Source: Podarcis erhardii (Eukaryota). From it: a stretch of 64,000 bases of DNA. Below the pieces are notes generated by a model. That model did no database searches, was not told where the DNA came from, and saw only the letters and a list, made by a program, of their open reading frames with translations. The DNA lies in NCBI GenBank assembly GCA_964252035.1, contig OZ176202.1. One strand, 5' to 3'. Positions 39,601 to 52,996 of the stretch are shown here, one piece after another (position 1 is the stretch's first letter; every line of letters begins with the position of its first letter). Both the position numbers and the translations under genes were made by a program.

Positions 39601-40101
39601 AAGGGCTTGAATAGGACCGTGTCATAGTGAGAGTTAAAGCAGATTGTCATACCAAGGAGATTAATATGGTCAAACATCACTTCTTCATCTTTCATTGCAA
39701 TGACAGTACTGTGTACAGAACACTGAGCCATCTAGTGACCACATAATATATTGCAAGGTAAACAAAAGATAATGGAAACACTAAAAAGAAAAAGAGTTTG
39801 GCAGTACTAATGAAATGATGATATGTGGTGGTTTAGTGATATTTCAACTAAGATTACATGTTTGCCTTGTATGTTTTTTAAAAATAATAATAATCTGAGT
39901 TCATGTATTTGTACTGGACTGGTGATTTCCAGTCAGTTCCTGAACACATCTAGATTGAGACAACTTGCTTATCTCCTAACTTCCCCATCCTAGTTGCATT
40001 CACCGTTTCTTTATTTTGCTCCTTTTCTATGTGCTTCTGCTTTGCTTGTTAGTACTGCTACGCCTGTATGTTACCCTAACTGGGCATCTCTTCTGTTTTA
40101 G

Positions 40102-40152
40102 GAGAAACCCGATGCCAGCTCCACATCCCTACAGCTGCGATCCCAGATTGAA
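40102..40152 (+). CDS. SASH1: SASH1 coding exon (51 nt, exon 3 equivalent): EKPDASSTSLQLRSQIE
   Basis: ttctgttttAG acceptor and GTAAGC donor at 40153; phase 0/0, continuing the previous exon in frame. Confidence 0.95.
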
Positions 40153-40276
40153 GTAAGCACAATGGCTGCAATGATCTATTTTTGTTTCTGCCTTCAATTT
40201 GGTATTCTGCATCAGTCAGATAATAAAGCCTGCCATTGTTCAGCCTCAACTCAAAGCAATGAATCTTCTCTTACAG

Positions 40277-40326
40277 GAATCCCTTGGCTTCAGCAGTGTG
40301 GTATCAACACCAGAAACAGAAAGAAA
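40277..40326 (+). CDS. SASH1: SASH1 coding exon (50 nt, exon 4 equivalent): ESLGFSSVVSTPETER(K)
   Basis: ctcttacAG acceptor after a 124-nt intron and GTAAGT donor at 40327; ends in phase 2. Confidence 0.95.
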
Positions 40327-41326
40327 GTAAGTTTTGCTCTTTCCTTGTTCATTAAATTTTACACGAACTACCAATTCACATGAAAGTACTTTCTTTATAT
40401 AATCCCACAAAATAAGTTACTAAAACAAAATTAGTACCAAACTTTTCTTTCTCTGTCTGCTAGTGTCCTTTTTCCTTTCCCTACCTTTCCCAATTGATAT
40501 TATATTCTGCCACTTCATTGTTGTTGTTTTAAATACGTTAAAATAACAATACTTGACAGGATTAAGATATGTTCCTTTTACGCTGTCTGAATAAGAAGGG
40601 AGGGAAAAACAGAGAGCAAAGCAAATGCCTGCTTAGGCATTTTCATTCATGCTTTAGAGTTTTATATATAAGTCTCAGCCCGGTCCGAGTTTCATACCTT
40701 AAATGTCAGAAGTTGTTGTGTCGGTAGACAGATGAGTTTCCCCTGTAACCTTAGGAAGTGTCCTTAAGGCAGCTGCATGGTAGAATATTGTCTGAAGAGA
40801 GCAAGTCATTTTAAAATTACCAGAGGTTATGGGCATTTGATGCCATGTAGAAAACTTGAGTGGCCAAAAGAGACATGATTTAGACCTGCACTCATCAAAT
40901 GTGACAGTTTGATTGATTGGTGCTAGCCTCATTCCCCTAGATGAGCAGTATTGCCTCGTCAATCCAGGCAGTTACATGCTTGTAAAATCTGCTTGCAAAA
41001 GAATGTTCTTTTACTCTTCTAGCTATAGCCATTGAACTCATCTTGTCTTTTCCTTATACAAAGCAAATGAAAATGCTTGTGTAGTTTTCTGCTAAGGCCC
41101 TTCTACACATGAATAATGTGCTTTTGATACTATGCTTGATATAAGTTGTAGTAGAATAATCTAGATATTGATGGAAATCATGTGGATCCCAAAGAAAACT
41201 GGGTATGGGATGGTGTGATTTCTAGTCTGAAGTCCTCCTTGGGCCCATTTCTGGGCCAGGGAATACGTGTGTGTGTGTGTGTGTGTGTCTTGCTGGTGGT
41301 TGAACAGTGAGATGAGTCCATTTTGA

Positions 41327-41354
41327 ATTTTTTTTTTTTTTTTTTTTTTTTTTT
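41327..41354. repeat. Poly(T) tract, with an adjacent (GT)n run at about 41267-41288
   Basis: Direct reading of the sequence. Confidence 0.9.
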
Positions 41355-42172
41355 GCAGACGTAGTGTTCCCATTTTAAGTATCACAATGATACCCTTCTT
41401 TCCTTTTAGCAACTCACCCTTTAGAGGAATTTGAATTTTAGTCCACAGGTTTAAAAAAGTTGATTGTGGAAGCAAAAATCAGATCACAGCTTATCTGTCC
41501 TGCTTTGCCTCAGTTGCCCCTTTGAGGTGATTGCCTAAGTAATTACTAGAACTTTTATCTCATTTTGTAAGAATCAAATCTCCCCTAAAAGGTCACTCTA
41601 CTGAAATAGTTTTAAGGAGAAAGTTATTTTAAAAACCTGTAACTGTACAAATCTGTAAACTTCAGCTATACACTCTTCGAATTGAGCAGGAAAAGGGTGT
41701 TGGGTCATAAAGGTCCACAGACTGCAGTGGGGATGAGAGGCAGATATTGGTTTAAGTTACGGAAAATGTGTGAGTTGCAGTCTATGCTGAATCAGTGAAT
41801 CATTTCATGCCACGTAAACTCAGGTATACACTAGAGCAAGTCTTTCCTTTCTTGTGAGAAGTCTTAGCACCAAAATTTAGAAATCTTTTGGTTTCTCCTG
41901 ACAGAGGAGAAATTGTCTACAAGCTACTGAGTCACAAGGCAAGCCAGTGCTCATGAGCGACTCCATATGATGTTGTCAGCATTTATATTACATTCCAAAT
42001 GTCATCCCTAACATTCTTGTTTTAGATGCAGTGGTTCACAAAAGATGTGAGGCTGCCTTTGAAATTTCGAATACTATGGCATGATGATGCAGATGAGGTA
42101 CCCCTGCCCTTCCCTAAGAGATTATATCATTTATTTAAAAACTGTAACATAGTATTAGTGAATAGCTAATTT

Positions 42173-42246
42173 GCCTGGCGTGCCTGGTGTGCTCTGGTCC
42201 ATGGGATCACGAAGAGTCGGACACAACTAAACAACAACAACAACAA
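42173..42246 (+). mobile_element. RTE-BovB extreme 3' fragment
   Basis: tgctctggtccatgggatcacgaagagtcggacacaactaaa followed by a (CAA)n tail. Confidence 0.85.
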
Positions 42247-42569
42247 ATTTGCTAAGATATACCATGAAGGCCTCACTGGAACTAAGGGCGATAGTTTAAT
42301 GTGTTTAACCTAGAACGGTCTTAATCACCTAGAAAAATGTAATTGGGGGTTTCATTTTGAAATGTGGATGAAAGGTACTGAACCTTCCCGTTCCTGCTTG
42401 TAGCTCTGCTTCCAAGCACTTTTTCCCCAGCCATTGTCACACAAAATACTGAGGGGGGAAAGTGCTTGGGAAAAGAAGTTTTCATTGGAAGGTTTTGCAC
42501 TATTGTTTCTCTTACCAGTATTATGCCCTTCTGCTGTTAACAATCCAACACGACACACCTTTTCTATGC

Positions 42570-42627
42570 AGAGGGCTGGATTACATGACCCTTGGGATCC
42601 TCTCCAACTCTCCAGTTTTATGATTTA
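42570..42627 (+). mobile_element. Degenerate CR1 3' fragment
   Basis: gggctggattacatgacccttgggatcctctccaactctccagttttatgatt resembles the CR1 terminus at 10919-10993. Confidence 0.55.
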
Positions 42628-45358
42628 AGATAGATTCTGTGTCAAAGTACACAGAAATACAACCATTGTCTAGTTTGCTTGTACGTCCCACTGTAGTTTA
42701 GTCTAACTTTCCAATGGGCCCAAGATATTTGGGGAACACATTTCTTTGACTTGAATGTGCACCCTAGCCATAACTAGTGACCATAACTAGAAGCAGTAGC
42801 AGTCATAATACACTAGCTAATATATAAGCAGGGTTTGGCTATGCAACTGCCAGCTTCTAAAGCATGGCAGTCTTACATAGTTGAAGGAAGCCAGCAATTT
42901 ATCCCATTCTGATGTGTGGGATTTTGTTTAGAAATAAATACCCTTTTCTTGTCACGGTAATGAGTGATGTGAAATTTCCAGCATGATGTTTTAGCAGAAG
43001 TGCAACCACCAGGAGCCATCTGCATGATGTAAGATTCTTGCCAGCAATTTTTTTTTAAAAAAAAGTTCTTTTATATGTTTAAAAGCATGTCACTGCTGCG
43101 GAATATTTTACCAGCTGCTCCACTAGATTTGTCAAGGCTGAAGTAAAACTAGTGAGAAGAATGCAACTCATTTTCACACTTTTAAAGGTCTGAATCTTTC
43201 ATAGTAAATTCTTTAAAGGGAGTTTCCTCAAAAGCATAGCTAATCCTGGATCACCACTGCAATTTTTAGAATGTCTATAGATCCAAGGGTTCAGTATGTG
43301 CACAGTAGCTTTAAAGTAGCTTACTGTACTGGGAAATCGGCAATGAATGGTATTTAGAGACCCAGGTGTGTATTGCCAAGTTCATTTTGCGAACTTTAAA
43401 GATTTCAGCTGCCTTTTAAAGACTGGTTGGAATGTTGGTTCTTTGAACCTGCTTTGTGTTTGTGAGCATACATGTTTGTATGTAGTTATGTTGCCAAAGA
43501 GGCGGGGAGAGCTCTGGACAGTTTTGTGTATTGTGATTTAAAAACAGGTTCTCATGCTCTTTGTTTGGAGGTAGCATTTCTCCATGCCAGCCTTCAAGTA
43601 AATAGAAGATTCTCCCCAGTTCAGGGTTGTTACCATCTGTCCAAAGCCTGTGAGAACTAAGTTGGTGGTCTTGGTCCAATTTCTACTAGGCAAATACCAC
43701 AAAAGCTACCATAACACTTGGCATTAGACTAAGGGAAAACTCAATTGCCTACTGTAAAATGTTACTAAATAGGCATACAGACTGAATCGAACGGTGGAAC
43801 CTCCAGAAATAAAGAAAAGCGTGTAGCATATATTGCAAGCTTCCATTGCTATAGTAACTGTCCCTTATAAAAAGGAACAGCATCTGTTTTCTGTGTATTT
43901 TCTGTGTAAGTATGGCTGTTAATGAATGTGAGATTCCTAATAGGACGTACATTTTTCATTGTGAAAGAAAATTGGAGAACTTTCCCAGAACACTGATTAA
44001 TTTTGCGTGCAACTATAAGTGTAACTTTGTTACAAAGGGATCCCCCTTGTGATATCTTGAAAGTGACAGCAGCTCTCCTGCAGTTGTTTACTCAAGGAAA
44101 GGAGAAGAGATCTGGTGATCACTGTGTATTTGGCAGGAAATCCAGGTCAAACCAAGTCAAACCTTCTGCATCCTGTCTTTCATCCTGTTTTTAGCAGGGG
44201 AAGAGGACAGTGCATTCCCCCCTACTTTTGGGAATACATTTTGGTTTGATTCGAAATAAACCGATCTAAGCAGGCTACCTCCCGCAGCCTCTAAAACTGA
44301 AGGTATTACAAGCAGAATAGGGAAGCCAAAGCAATTGTTTTCTTTTGATCTTCTTGGGGCATTCAGGAGACCCATTTAGTTAACTTAAAAGACAACTGTC
44401 ACCAGAATGTGAATTTGCACAGCATACACTGGGTGTTTAATCACTCTCTGAACCCAACTCTTTGTCAGTGTAACAAAAACAGTTAAACCAGGGAAGTTTT
44501 GTGATATAATTTCAAACTGAACTTTGACACCCGTGTTTCCTTCTCTATCAAGATACACCAAAGGCCTTTCTGCTGAATTTATTATAAATTTATTAGAGAC
44601 ACTTTACGCCATAGTCCAGGGATAATTTTGACCGATTTGTCCCTTGTGGGATGTTGCAGAGTGGCATGGTTATGAATGGTCTCTGTGCACTCTGAACAGT
44701 GGGACATTTTTGAGCAGCTTTGCATTTCAGACCATGGGAGCTTCTGTGTCTTCATCAGCTGTGAGATGTGCTCACTGCTGCAGCTGTTTTGAAAGTGTAA
44801 AATCATCATGCTGTGCACTGGTCTTGTGTACATCTCATGATGAACTACTCAGCCTGAGTGCATGCCCTGTGATATGATCTCTAGCCAGAGGGAGGAGTTT
44901 GATGTTGTTATGATTTGAGTCTGCAACTAATTTGGTTCTTGTATTAGCTCCAATGTTGTTAACGAAGGAGTCAGTACAGCAGAGTTGATATGCTTGCCAA
45001 TTTAAATGACTGTGAGTCTCAGCAAGCAGGCTATATGCTTCCCTTTGTAAAGGAATAATTCACATAGTTTTTAAAAGTTTATTGTCTTTGATGCAATTTT
45101 AACAAACTCCAAAGCAGTACTGCAACTTGAGATCTAATCCAATGGGGCAATGTGGGGTTGCCACATATGTACACCTGGTCATTTTTTGTTCCCCCACCCA
45201 TGATACCGCATCAGATCTTTTCACTTCAAAAAGCTGCCCCTTTCATTACTCTCCAACATTCTATGCAGCAGGAGGAAGTTTGAAAGGAAAATTAGCAAGC
45301 CCTGTGTATATGTACAGAAGCATTTCCTATCCTCAGCCAAATTTCTATGGGTCCCAGT

Positions 45359-45786
45359 CAGTGTTCAAAACTCCCATTGTTCTAGGTGCATTTTGTGACA
45401 GGGAATTTCATTAATACAAGCAGTTTCTGAGCTCTGAGAGCAGTACTGCACCTAAGTTTTTAGATTAAAACTGCCACTGCAGGAACGAAAGGAGAACCTT
45501 TTTCTGCCTCCCCACTTCCAGCCACTCTCTGAGGACTGGAGAAGGGACCCTCATAAGAATATTAAAGGGGATGGGCCAGGGAAGTATAGCTTTGATTTTT
45601 GCAGTCTTCAGATGAGGATTAGACCATGTGAAAAACGAATATAAGATTTTAGCTGCAGTTAATTCATTTTCAGCTTTATATTCTTGTTATTTAAAAAGTG
45701 GACCTAAACACTTCATTGCAGAACCCATAACCTAGGTTTAAAGTGCCATTTAGCTCCTAGCTTTCATATCTCTGTTTCTAACACTG
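45359..45786 (+). mobile_element. Non-autonomous hAT element, 428 bp
   Basis: CAGTGTTCAAAAC / GTTTCTAACACTG termini; perfect 8-bp target-site duplication GTCCCAGT; aligns with 20312-20704. Confidence 0.92.
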
Positions 45787-47874
45787 GTCCCAGTATAGAT
45801 CTCCAAATCATTCTTACATTTATATGCAGTTTCTCTATCAATACTCATGTGCACAGGTCACCTGATTTAAACAATGGACTTCCCAGAATTCTAAAGATAA
45901 GACTGTTGATCTTATTGTGGTTAATGTCCAGACTGCAGTCCTAATCTAGAAGGATGCTGAATCAGTACTCTGGGTGATATTATCAGTTGAGTGGTTTAAG
46001 TACTGTCATGTTTGATTCTAGCAGATTGTCACAGCAACCAAATTAACTATGACATTTTACTATGAGCTCATCTGTAATAAGCCAGAATAACGACAGTGAT
46101 GAGAACTGCAAAGCAAAGAAAGGGCAAAGGCCAAAGCAAGGAAAAAGGAAAACTCTGGTATGAGACTTGGCTTTTAATCTAGAGAATGAATGCTTCCTCT
46201 TGGCTTTGTTAACCGCTATAAACTAGATTAAAGAGGGGAGGGGAGAGCAGTCTCCCTCAGTCTTAGTTAAACTTGTTCCAAAGCAAAATGGTGTTTTGGG
46301 GGGGGGGAGAAGAGATGGAGTGTTATGTTTGAAGCTAAATTTCATTGGTGGCCAAATTATTCATGCTGCTTGCAAATAATTTCCCTGAGAGAAGTAGGGC
46401 AGGAAACTCCCACAATAACATTCACAATGGGAGTGAGAAACCAGCCAAACAGTGCTTGTGACATGTGACAAGCCAGACCAATGTGCCTCTGAGCAGCTGA
46501 AGGAATGTTTCCTGGCAATTGTTCTCAGAGAAACGAAAGCCTCCTTTCAGAAGAATTTAGAGCTTGTTGCTGCGAGTTAATGCTGTTTGTCATGACCCAA
46601 ACACATTTGTAGATGGTGATGGGCTGTGTACCTTGTGCCAAGCCGGTCTTTCTGCCTGTATATTTTCAGACATGAAATCTGCTTTTGTGTGTGCCTCCCT
46701 CAGCTTTAGAATCTACTGTTTACTGGCCTCTCTTTTTTACACGCTTCCTGGTGATCTTCATTTATTAACAGATAGTTCAGTGTTCCCCAACCTAGCCATT
46801 TCTAGATGTTTTGGAGCAAGAAGGCTGCTGAGGTTTTACCCCTCCTTTTTCATCTCTGTCCTTCTGGCAACCTTTGCCAAAAAGAAGCTCACCTCCGTAA
46901 TCTGGAGGTAGGTCTCAGCTGGCCAAGAAAATTCCAAAGTGGTGCTCTGCCCTTTGATTTCAAGCAGGGAGACTGAACAGGGTCAGGCAGTACTAGTTCT
47001 GTCACTAGAATGGGTCGACGCAGTCCAGACTCTGCTCTCATGCAAACCACAATTAACTCTGCCAGTCATTGGATACATTGCCCATCATCACTGGAGGGAC
47101 AGAGGGCAGAAGTGAGTAACCTCCCAAACCCAGGCCTCAAGCCTCTATCAGCTCTTGAGCTCTGGTGGAGAGTGCATGGCTCCACCTAGAGATCCTTGCC
47201 TGGGTCAGGCACCTGGTGCCTCAAGAACCAAAGGTTTTACAGAAAGAGGGGAAAATGCAGCAGTTCCAGGTGTGAGTAACTAGATCTAGATGTTACTGCA
47301 CTCTTCACATTAGTGTAGTTCTCTCTCAGTGTCCCGTGTAAGTGGTGGCACGTAATTCTGCCAGAGGTGGAACAGAAGTATGGGCAAAAAGCACTTATTG
47401 TCTTCCTGTTCTCTGAGTCATACAGTACTTGCCCAGTCTGAGCATAGAGAATTGCCATGGATTGCCAGCAGCCCCCTCAGTGATGGGAGAATAGAAGGCC
47501 TTCAGGTGCAACTGTGGGTGATATTTCCCACTGCTCATCTTTCTATTGGTGCTTCAGATTTATCTTCTCAGAGTGGGCTCAGCTTTGCTACAAATACTTT
47601 CTGAGGTATGCGAGTTCCTTTGGGAGATTATCTCAGTTTTGGTTCTCATAAAGCAGTTCTTGGAGGTGAGATGGTAATGGAGGATGTTTGGAATTACGAA
47701 GTGGGTTGTAAACTGCTTCCTTTTATTCAACTTCAGCCCAATTTTCTCAACACAGTCTCTTGGGACAATTTCTTTTGTAAGGCCCAGAGCTTCCAGGATA
47801 TCTTTCTGAACCTGAATGAGAGATGGAGATCTTTGTCGAACCTCCACTCAACTCAAGAATGATAGAACATATTG

Positions 47875-49250
47875 CCAGTCTCTAATACTAAAAGAGTGCT
47901 AGAATTAATTTCTGACTTTGGTCGGGTGGCGGGATTTAAGCTGAATAAGCAAAAAACTAAGGTTTTAGCAAAAAAATTGACAACTACAGAAACAGATGAG
48001 TTCCTGAAAGAAACAGAATTAAATGTGGTTAAAAAAGTAAAATACCTAGGGGTGTATCTGACCTCCAAAAATTTGAATTTGTTTAAAGATAATTATGAGA
48101 AATGTTGGTCAGAAATCAAAAGAGATTTGGAAATATGGTCAAGATTGAAACTTTCCTTGTTGGGCCGAATAGCAGCTATAAAGATGAATGTATTGCCGAA
48201 AATATTATTTCTGTTCCAGGCCCTACAGATCGTGGACAAAGTGGAATGTTTTGGAAAGTGGCAGAAGGATATTTCTAAGTTTGTTTGGCAGGGCAAAAAG
48301 CCCCGAATAAAGTTTAAAATACTAACTGACGCGAAAGAAAGAGGGGGATTTGCCCTGCCAGACTTGAGGTTATATTATCAATCTGCAGCCTTCTGCTGGT
48401 TGAAAGATTGGATCTTATTGGAAAACACTGATGTCCTAGATCTGGAAGGGTTTGATAATGCTTTTGGGTGGCATGCATATTTGTGGTATGACAAGGTTAA
48501 AGTTCACAAATTGTTTAAAAACCATATTGTCAGAAGAGCAATTTTGATGGTCAGGACAAAATATAAGGACTTATTGGAGAGTAAGACTCTGAGGTGGCTC
48601 TCACCGGTGGAGGCCAAGGCACGTAAGAGACCTAACATGGAAGCCTACTGGCCTAAATATTGGGAAATAATTGAAAAAATTGGAGACAATTGGAGGTTGC
48701 TGAGCTTGGAAAAATTAAAAAACAAGGTGCGAGATTGGTTGCACTATGCTCAAATTCAGGAGGTTTTTAAAGTGGATAAAAAGGTTGGATTCCAGGTGGA
48801 AAAATCGAAATTAGAGACAGAACTGTTAGAGCCAAAAAATAAACTACTTTCGAGAATGTATAACTTGCTGCTTAAATGGAATACACAGGACGAGACAGTC
48901 AAATTGTAAATTAATGAAATGGAAAGTAAGGTACAAGAAGTCAGAGGTGGAATAATGAAATAACTTTATTATGTTTAAGCTAAAACGTATAAGATGTCGG
49001 TTATAATACTTTGGAAATTAGATAACATGATAAAATGAAAGATACAAGAAGTTTTGAAATAAGTTAACAAATTGCTGATGTTTTGTATCACAGAGAACGC
49101 AGGGTTAGGAAGATGCGGGGAAGTCCATTGGATTTGCTGAGAAAAAGGATTATGGAAATTTGTAACTTCTCTATTTTATTTTCTATATCTGTCTTTTATT
49201 CTTTTTTCTGTATTTCATAAACTTAATAAAAATATTATTAAAAAAAAAAA
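47875..49250 (+). mobile_element. 5'-truncated L1-clade LINE: ORF2 fragment (ORF 47872..48909, 345 aa), 3' UTR and poly(A)
   Basis: SDFGRVAGFKLNKQK, KYLGVYL, LSLLGRIAAIKMNVLPK and RGGFALPDLRLYY motifs; AATAAA at 49225; poly(A) at 49240-49252; perfect 20-bp target-site duplication AAGAATGATAGAACATATTG (47855-47874, 49251-49270). Confidence 0.95.
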
Positions 49251-52078
49251 AAGAATGATAGAACATATTGATCTTCCTCTATTGGTGTGCCTGATATCTG
49301 CTTTGGACCTAGTTTTTCTTCAGTATTTGGTCAATTCCTATAAGGCCTCCCTAGTTGTTGCTCTTCCAACTTTTCATACATGGCTCTTCCAACTTTTCAT
49401 ACATGGCTTGAAGGAGACAAAGAAAAATCCTGTTCTTTTCCTGCCGATTGTCATGCCAGTGAAGGGGTTTTTCCCTATGGTTTCTGTTTTGGATTGGGAC
49501 TTATAGATGCAATATAGATACCATACTAGAAGCCAGGTTCTGTGATCTTACTCATGATCAAGGATGCTGTGAACTGATGGGACCTGCTTCCACTGTAAAG
49601 TAAGCACAATCAATATGGCTACCTCTCTGTTGCCTACATAGGGGGGAACAAAACAAAACAAAGGCAGTGCCATGTTTGTAACTGCTGAGAAAGTTTTGAC
49701 CTGCTGAAAGAGCCATTGCTATGGAGACCTAATGACAAGATAATTAAATGGAACCTCTCTGCTTTCCATGTTTCTCACACTGATGCTAGCAGGGTCAGAG
49801 CCCCTCAGACTCGCATTTCCCTTCAGGTCCATGCAAATCTTTATTGGACTAAAGACCCATTTTCCTCACAGTGTCATCCCCCCTTAAATAAATTATCTTG
49901 AAGTCAGTCAGCTCCTCTCATAAAGGTGTCAGTTTTCACAGTAGTTTAGTCACTGGGCATTGTGTAAAGCAGGCAGATAAACAAACCACCTTCAAAGGAA
50001 GCAAGCAAAAGGCTTTTGTATTGGTGCATTTTGTGCTCCAAATATAAGCAATAACTTTATACCAGGCTATCTGTTCCATTTGGTTTGTAAATAGATGCTG
50101 GGAAGGGAGAAGAGAGTATAATTTTATGGGCGGTTTTTAGTAGCTGTCTAATTTTTAGGACCACATTATGCACCTGTGCTATTTGCATTCAATAAATGAG
50201 ATCTGGGTATATTTTAGAGCACATCTGTATTTATGATTCTTAATAGCAAAATAAAAACCAATCAGGATAATCTTATTCTCAGTTTCTCTTTCTGTTGCTG
50301 GGGGAAAAAACCAATGACCTTTCCGATCTAAACAGCATGTTCATAAAAGCAGCACACATGGTGGTGTTTGTTTCCATTTACTGTTCTGCATATTGCAGAA
50401 GCACAAGGCTATTTTATATTTCAGGTCACAAATGGACTCCGTGCCTTATAAAGTCAGCCACTGTGTATGCAAAATAAACCCCACAGATGCCTGACACAGA
50501 CTAGAAGGAAGACAGGTCTGATGAAGTTAAAGCTTTACTAACTCACTGAAAGGAGAGCCAGAAAATAGTGTTTACACCGAAAGTAGCTTTCCCTTTTATC
50601 TGTGTGCAATGCACTCAGTCTGTAGAGTGCACCCCACTGCCAGGATCACCAGACTTTTGAAAAGGAAGTTATGAAGATTGGAAATGGGTCACCATAGCAG
50701 TGAGATGTGTGGCATCCACCACCGCAACCCAATGGAGGATCATTTTGGGCCTGCTATCAAAACAGTATTCTTTTTTCTTCTTATTTGCCAAAAAATAAGA
50801 AGAAAGCAACCCAAAAAGTCACATAGGAGTATCCAGAAGAATAGGGATGGAAAGGAAGGATGCATGGGTAGGTAGGTAGATGAAAATTATTTACCTGTAA
50901 AATTGTTCATACTGGAGTGTTCCACATTCTCGGCGCTTATGCACCAGAACTGTTGACTAACATCCATTCTATTTTCTCATTCAGTTTGACCATTTGTTGG
51001 ACCATAACTAGACAAGACCAGCTTTGCTGGAGTGTACTCTGTGGTCTAAAAGTGAAGCTTTGCAAAAAACAATCTGGTTGTATCCCAGGTCATATGTTTG
51101 CCATTTCCAAGGAACCTGCTGCATCTTTCTTTCAACATCTCTTTCACTTATCAAGTTTTGGGGCATGGACCTAGAAATAATGTTGACATTAAAGCATGAG
51201 CTAAAGTTATGAACATTTTTAATGGATTTAATTTCACACCAGAACTAGGACCTGGTAGTAAGCAGATCTCCTTATCGTGGTCTGTAATTGGCCATCTATT
51301 CTATGTCTTTCTTCCTTACATGAGTCAGTATCTGTAGAGCCCTTTTACTATGTGCGTCGGAGTGCATTTCATTGGGAAGTCTGCTAATGAAGCTGTACAT
51401 CAGAGCATAGCAAAACCAAAGGGCCAAAGCCATGGAGTAATGGCATTTGGCTGCTTTTCAGACATGCAGTGCTGAAACTTCTGCCAAGTGTCACTGCATC
51501 ATTAAGTTTCAGAGCGAGTTGTCAGTCCATGAATGGAAGAACACAAATTATGTCTGGTGTGTGTTCATAGAGAAGCTGCAGGTTCAACACAGTCAGAGCA
51601 GCATAATTGTCAAATCAAACAATAAGGCCATTTTCAAATGCCATAAGTTCTTCATCCCACATATTTAAGGAAAGTAATAATTAATCATTCACACCTTGGG
51701 CAAGACTTGAAGGCAAAATACTTTATAGAATGCAAAGTCAAAGGTCCTTTTTTAACTCTCCAGCAAACATTGCTGTATACAAGTGTGAAAAGGAATGGGA
51801 GAAATATACAACTGGTACATGCCTTCTAGATAGGAAAATTCATATTTTGCTTTCTAGCAGCTACTAGTGGGCTTTTTAGAAACAATGAAGGCAGCTGGTG
51901 TATTGTAGTAGCTAAGACTTTGAGCTGTTAACCCAAAAGTCCCTGGTTCTGATCTTGCCTCTATCACAAGCTGATTAAGTGCCTTTAGGCAGCTATGATC
52001 ATTTCCCCCCATCCATAAGCACCAACTTGAGCAGAAGATTGGAAAGGCTGGTGATGCACACGTGACGTCAAGAGGAGC

Positions 52079-52298
52079 CAGAGGCGGAGCTGAACATAGT
52101 GGTGACACAGTTTCAGTGGTCCTTCTCCCAATGGTTTGCCTCCTCCTCCGACACTGGTCCAGAGCTCCTTCCCCCTACCTTTCTCCTGTGTGGCAAGAAG
52201 CTGAGTGTGACAAAACATGTGGTCTGGGTTCTGCCCCCAGAAGAATTTTTTTGGGGAGTGCAATGGACCAGAGTTGGCACCTATGAAATCCGCCCCTG
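52079..52298. mobile_element. Probable non-autonomous hAT element
   Basis: CAGAGGCGGA / TCCGCCCCTG inverted termini; no target-site duplication recovered. Confidence 0.5.
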
Positions 52299-52996
52299 AT
52301 TGTCCTTAACATGGGGGGGGGGCGTATTTTCTTGGAGGGACTGAAAGAACCTGGGTCCCTTAGAGCTGGTGCCTGTGCTCCCACCCAAATCTTCAATATG
52401 GACATTATAATAAAAACATACTTATAGGTTGTTATAAGTACATCTGATAATTATATATCTGCTATGGTGTATGAGAAATGTTCTCACTTTAAACAGTAAC
52501 CAGTATTCAGAGATGTACTGAACGTGGAGGTTCCATTTATCTGCCATGGGTGTTAATAGGCTTATCTTCCATAGAATGGTTTTAAGCATTTTTTTTTAAA
52601 AAAAAGCCATCTAAGGTTGAGCATAAAATTTACATGCAGTTAAATTCTGCCTCTCATGAAACTCTTTAAATCAGGGCATGAGCAGTGGTCAGGATGATAG
52701 GAGCTGGAAACCAACAACACCTGAAGAGCTACAGATTCTCCATCCCTAATTTAAATGGTTAAAAGCAAATATATTTTCTAGCTGCTGAACAAACTTCTGT
52801 TCTGTCTGCTTTCTGTGCACTTTCCCAGACTTCCACCCCCCATTGTATCAAAAGGGCAATGAATCCCCATATTAATATATAAGTTGTATATTCTAAATCA
52901 TAGTACACTTTTAGTGACAGAAGTATCCTGTTTTCCATACTTTGCAGTATTATGGGATAAAAATTCAGTATAATTCCTGCAAAGTGTTCTAATACC

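Noticed and set aside
42955-43035. Repeated TGATG motifs suggesting a C/D-box snoRNA
   Set aside because: No full RUGAUGA C box paired with a terminal CUGA D box and closing stem.
47560-47862. ORFs immediately upstream of the L1, one containing GLKLNKRK, suggesting a 5' inversion of the L1
   Set aside because: They lie outside the perfect 20-bp target-site duplication, and the resemblance is limited to a few residues.
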